The notes beneath the pieces were generated by a model. The model saw nothing but the letters and a program-made list of their open reading frames with translations. It had not been told where the DNA came from and searched no databases. The position numbers and the translations under genes were made by a program. A DNA stretch of 34,741 bases from a candidate division WWE3 bacterium RIFCSPLOWO2_12_FULL_36_10. Its GTDB lineage: Bacteria > Patescibacteriota > WWE3 > UBA101185 > UBA10185. Shown here piece by piece: positions 32,242 to 34,741 of the stretch. Location: positions 1-34,741 of the forward strand of contig MEVN01000034.1 in the NCBI GenBank assembly GCA_001772985.1, in the 5' to 3' direction. Each line of letters begins with the position of its first letter. Position 1 is the first letter of the stretch.

Positions 32242-32685
32242 ATGAAAAAATCCAATAAGAAAAATAAAATAAATAATGTATGTTTAGCCGTTGTTAAAAA
32301 CAAAGACAACGAAGTTTTAATCATAAAAAGAATAATAGAAGAAGACGCTTCTGGTGGCAGAAAGCTTACTTGGGTATTTCCGGGTGGAATTGCAGACGAT
32401 CATGAAGAAAAATCAGAAGTTGCAGAACTTGAGGCTCTTGAGGAAACCGGATACAAAGTTAAGGCAATTAGAAAAATCTCAGAAAGAGATTATTCTATGC
32501 CGAATGTCCATTTGGCATATTTTGAATGTGAGCTAGTCTCGGAAGATAGAACAGAACTTTTGGATGTAGAGGAAGTAGAACAAGTTCGTTGGGTTCCGAT
32601 TGAATATTTAATGGATTTTTTTACAACTGATGTTGATCCTGTTGTTGCCAAATTTCTTGGCCTAAAAAATTATTTGCCTAAATAG
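32242..32685 (+). CDS. Nudix hydrolase
   Basis: Nudix box GGIADDHEEKSEVAELEALEETGY (Gx5Ex7-[R to L]-EALEETGY). SD AGGAAG upstream. Confidence 0.8.
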   Translation: MKKSNKKNKINNVCLAVVKNKDNEVLIIKRIIEEDASGGRKLTWVFPGGIADDHEEKSEVAELEALEETGYKVKAIRKISERDYSMPNVHLAYFECELVSEDRTELLDVEEVEQVRWVPIEYLMDFFTTDVDPVVAKFLGLKNYLPK

Positions 32686-32704
32686 CTTATGTACTTAGAT
32701 AAAT

Positions 32705-32733
32705 TTGACAGAAATACAGAAATTCTGTATTAT
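32705..32733 (+). promoter_or_regulatory. Promoter (TTGACA-17-TATTAT) with an embedded palindromic operator; predicts a leaderless antitoxin mRNA
   Basis: TTGACA at 32705-32710 and TATTAT at 32728-32733. ATG 32740 is 6 nt after the -10. The palindrome ATACAGAA-A-TTCTGTAT (32714-32730) fills most of the spacer and runs into the first 3 nt of the -10. Confidence 0.55.
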
Positions 32734-32739
32734 TGAATA

Positions 32740-32985
32740 ATGTTACAATCACCCCAAGATGAAATCATCAAGTTACAGCCTAGAGGTTTGTTGACTATAC
32801 CAAAAAAGTTTCGCAAAAGTTTGGGGCTTGAAGAAAATAGTTTGCTAAGAATACGAAAAGATCGGTGGAGATTAGTTATTGAACCGGTTCGAACTATTTC
32901 CTATTCAGTCAGAAGTTATACAGATAAAGATTTAAGCGATTTTTTTGAATTTGATGAAGAACAAACGAAAAGTCTCAAAAAATAG
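32740..32985 (+). CDS. AbrB/MazE/SpoVT-family antitoxin
   Basis: N-terminal swapped-hairpin motif KLQPRGLLTIPKKFRKSLGLEENSLLRIRKD. Confidence 0.75.
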   Translation: MLQSPQDEIIKLQPRGLLTIPKKFRKSLGLEENSLLRIRKDRWRLVIEPVRTISYSVRSYTDKDLSDFFEFDEEQTKSLKK

Positions 32986-32997
32986 GTTTTGATTATA

Positions 32998-33225
32998 ATG
33001 AAATTAGTTTATTGATTGAAAACATATTTGATTCATTTGAAACAGCTCCTAATGCAGAAACAGTAAAGAAATACCAGAAAATAGTAATTGATTTTGGAGA
33101 CGCGCATGTACTTGCTTCTTGTCACGAAGCTAAGGCAGATTTTTTAGTAACTTTGGATAAGAAACATTTATTAATCCTTCAAAATAAAATTAAATGGGTA
33201 AGGATTGTTTCTCCTGCAGAACTTT
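32998..33225 (+). pseudogene. Decayed PIN-domain (VapC/PIN_3-like) toxin gene: frameshifted start, shortened body, 3' end running into a tRNA gene
   Basis: ATG 32998 opens MKLVY and then a stop. A 1-nt shift continues LIENIFDSF...DAHVLASCHEAKADFLVTLDKKHLL...VRIVSPAELL, which is the PIN C-terminal signature. The body is only ~75 aa where ~130 aa are expected. The listed ORF stays open only by reading through the antisense tRNA. Confidence 0.5.
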
Positions 33226-33302
<77 letters not shown>

Positions 33303-33313
33303 AGTTTCTGTAA

Positions 33314-33342
33314 AGTATACTACCATATTTACTTTTACTTAA
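33314..33342 (-). promoter_or_regulatory. Candidate promoter for the minus-strand tRNA-Ile (TTAAGT-17-TATACT)
   Basis: On the minus strand, TTAAGT at 33342-33337, a 17-nt spacer, and TATACT at 33319-33314, 11 nt upstream of the tRNA 5' end. Confidence 0.45.
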
Positions 33343-33379
33343 TAGTACTGTAGTCTCATAGCAACAAAAGGAGGATCGG

Positions 33380-34213
33380 ATGGGAAGGACAATGGATCAC
33401 AAAACAATGGACGTTTTAGTTGGTTCATCCGAGATAGATCTTTTTCAGGCGGGCGGGAAAGGAATGACAAAAGCGGATATTTGTTCCGCGGCGCAGAAGC
33501 GTTTGATCAACGGTCCTAAACTTACCGGTGGTGAGAAGGCGAGATTCTTTAACCTTGTGCTTTCCAAAGCAGGGGCTGTGAAGGTTGCGGGACGTTTTTA
33601 TCATGGGAATTTTATTCCGACAAAACTTACGCCTATCAAGGAAGTTTCTTTGGTAAGAAAAGGTCCGGCTACGGAGGCAGAACGTTTGGCTGCCACGGCC
33701 GTTCAAAAAGAACTTATTTTGCGGACAACCGCCGGGCTATCAATGTCTAGAGCCGAGATGATTGAGATAGCTTGCAAGAGCATGGGTATTAGTCCCGATA
33801 AGTTCCCGCTTGTTCGTTGGTGGACTTTAGCGGCTTTAATCAGTTGCAAAAATAACGGGGATAATACTTATAGGTACTTTTCACTGTCTGAGCGTACTGT
33901 TAATGCCAGAAAAGCTTTGGCAGAACAAAGGCAATTAAGTGAAAGAATGAGAAAGGCCACCGAAAAAGCTGCAAAAAGGGCTAATAAGGAACCGGCTTTG
34001 GCTCATCCCCAAGCTTTCTCTGGTTTGGGAGTTTCTCCTCCGGATTATGTTTTTGAGGCTGAGAAAGGTAAGGAGATGGAGGTCACGGTTGTCGGGGCGA
34101 AGGGTGGCGCTAGTATTACAACCAGAGCCCATAAGGTTATCATTTTCCTTGTTGTTCCAATGTTGGTTGTAGCATGTTTTTTTGGCGCAGTTCTGCCCTA
34201 TCTGCCACATTAG
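33380..34213 (+). CDS. Hypothetical protein (277 aa) with a C-terminal TM anchor
   Basis: Strong SD AAAGGAGG 6 nt upstream. GC-richer than its surroundings. C-terminal hydrophobic helix IIFLVVPMLVVACFFGAVL. Followed by a strong terminator. Confidence 0.55.
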   Translation: MGRTMDHKTMDVLVGSSEIDLFQAGGKGMTKADICSAAQKRLINGPKLTGGEKARFFNLVLSKAGAVKVAGRFYHGNFIPTKLTPIKEVSLVRKGPATEAERLAATAVQKELILRTTAGLSMSRAEMIEIACKSMGISPDKFPLVRWWTLAALISCKNNGDNTYRYFSLSERTVNARKALAEQRQLSERMRKATEKAAKRANKEPALAHPQAFSGLGVSPPDYVFEAEKGKEMEVTVVGAKGGASITTRAHKVIIFLVVPMLVVACFFGAVLPYLPH

Positions 34214-34237
34214 CCGTTTGTTTTCACAAGTTTGCAA

Positions 34238-34272
34238 ACCGACAGTTCATCCCACGACCTGTCGGTTTTTTT
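34238..34272 (+). terminator. Rho-independent terminator
   Basis: ACCGACAG (34238-34245) pairs with CTGTCGGT (34259-34266), followed by TTTTTT. Confidence 0.8.
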
Positions 34273-34273
34273 G

Positions 34274-34302
34274 TTGACACAACATTTAGTTAGTGATATG
34301 TT
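34274..34302 (+). promoter_or_regulatory. Candidate promoter for tRNA-Ala/23S (TTGACA-17-TATGTT)
   Basis: TTGACA at 34274-34279, a 17-nt spacer, TATGTT at 34297-34302. It lies immediately after the terminator. Confidence 0.5.
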
Positions 34303-34420
34303 ACCCATACGGAATGGGAATAACCTTCATAGAAGCTTAGGCTTCCGAACTCGAAGCTCTGGTTTCCAAATTATTTTAATAATATATAATGTGGCCCAAA
34401 TGGGTAAAGGTGCTCAAAGG

Positions 34421-34496
34421 GGGCCCTTAGCTCAGTTGGTAGAGCGCGGCGTTTGCATCGCTGAGGTCAGGAGTTCGAACCTCCTAGGGTCCACCA
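34421..34496 (+). tRNA. tRNA-Ala (anticodon TGC), CCA encoded
   Basis: Folds as GGGCCCT-TA-GCTC-AGTTGGTA-GAGC-G-CGGCG-TTTGCAT-CGCTG-AGGTC-AGGAG-TTCGAAC-CTCCT-AGGGTCC-A-CCA. The G3:U70 identity pair is present. Confidence 0.95.
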
Positions 34497-34586
34497 GAAT
34501 ATTATTAATAAAGCACTTTGAAAACTGAACAAGATCGTGCAAAATGTTTGATAGCATTTTGGCATTGATCTAAAAGTCAAATGTAT

Positions 34587-34741
34587 CAAAAAAGAAAATA
34601 ATGTATACGGTGGATGCCTTGGGTCTTTGTGTCGATGAAGGACGTGATAGGCTGCGATAAGCCTCGAGGAGTTGCCAATAAGCGTTAATACTCGGGGATG
34701 TCCGAATGGGGAAACCCACTTAGATAAAATCTATGTACTGA
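34587..34741 (+). rRNA. rrl: 23S ribosomal RNA, 5' end only (continues beyond the window)
   Basis: ACGGTGGATGCCTTGG...GATGAAGGACGTG...CTGCGATAAGCCTCG...TCCGAATGGGGAAACCC matches the universal 23S 5' domain. The start coordinate is accurate to about 15 nt. Confidence 0.9.

Noticed and set aside
34232-34528. ORF 34232-34528 (+, 98 aa)
   Set aside because: It spans a terminator, a promoter and the whole tRNA-Ala gene. The tail GPLAQLVERGVCIAEVRSSNLLGST is simply translated tRNA.

Overview
This 34.7-kb window comes from an AT-rich, gene-dense bacterial genome with many overlapping start/stop codons. It looks like a Candidate Phyla Radiation (Patescibacteria) type organism. The grounds are an intron-interrupted, divergent 16S rRNA gene, split enzymes, a compact sugar-phosphate gene set and many small hypothetical proteins. 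All functional calls rest on motif recognition by eye, since no searches were possible.

Layout:
- 1-8.5 kb: a 5'-nuclease fragment, three tandem small paralogous ORFs, nth, a DsbA-like protein, and a minus-strand sugar-phosphate cluster (2-hydroxyacid dehydrogenase, class II aldolase, PfkB kinase, split transketolase).
- 8.6-9.1 kb: an orphan GC-rich transcription unit with a perfect promoter and a terminator but no credible protein. It is an unclassified RNA candidate.
- 9.1-15 kb: LOG, rpe-like, rpiB, VKOR, lgt, membrane proteins, an ATP-dependent DNA ligase and an MNT antitoxin.
- 15-26.5 kb: a SleB-like hydrolase, a degenerate Fic protein, recF-mutM-GT4, a CaCA antiporter, mnmA and a BNR-propeller/M23 peptidase.
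- 26.5-29.7 kb: three tandem receiver-like single-domain proteins, a palindrome-rich regulatory region, and a BpsA-like aminopropyltransferase fused to an AdoMetDC-like domain.
- 29.8 kb to the end: an atypical rRNA locus. The 16S gene carries a group I intron encoding a LAGLIDADG endonuclease. A ~2.5-kb 16S-23S interval holds a Nudix gene, an AbrB/PIN toxin-antitoxin remnant, an opposite-strand tRNA-Ile, a 277-aa ORF, tRNA-Ala and the 23S 5' end.

No CRISPR array, transposase or integrase was seen.
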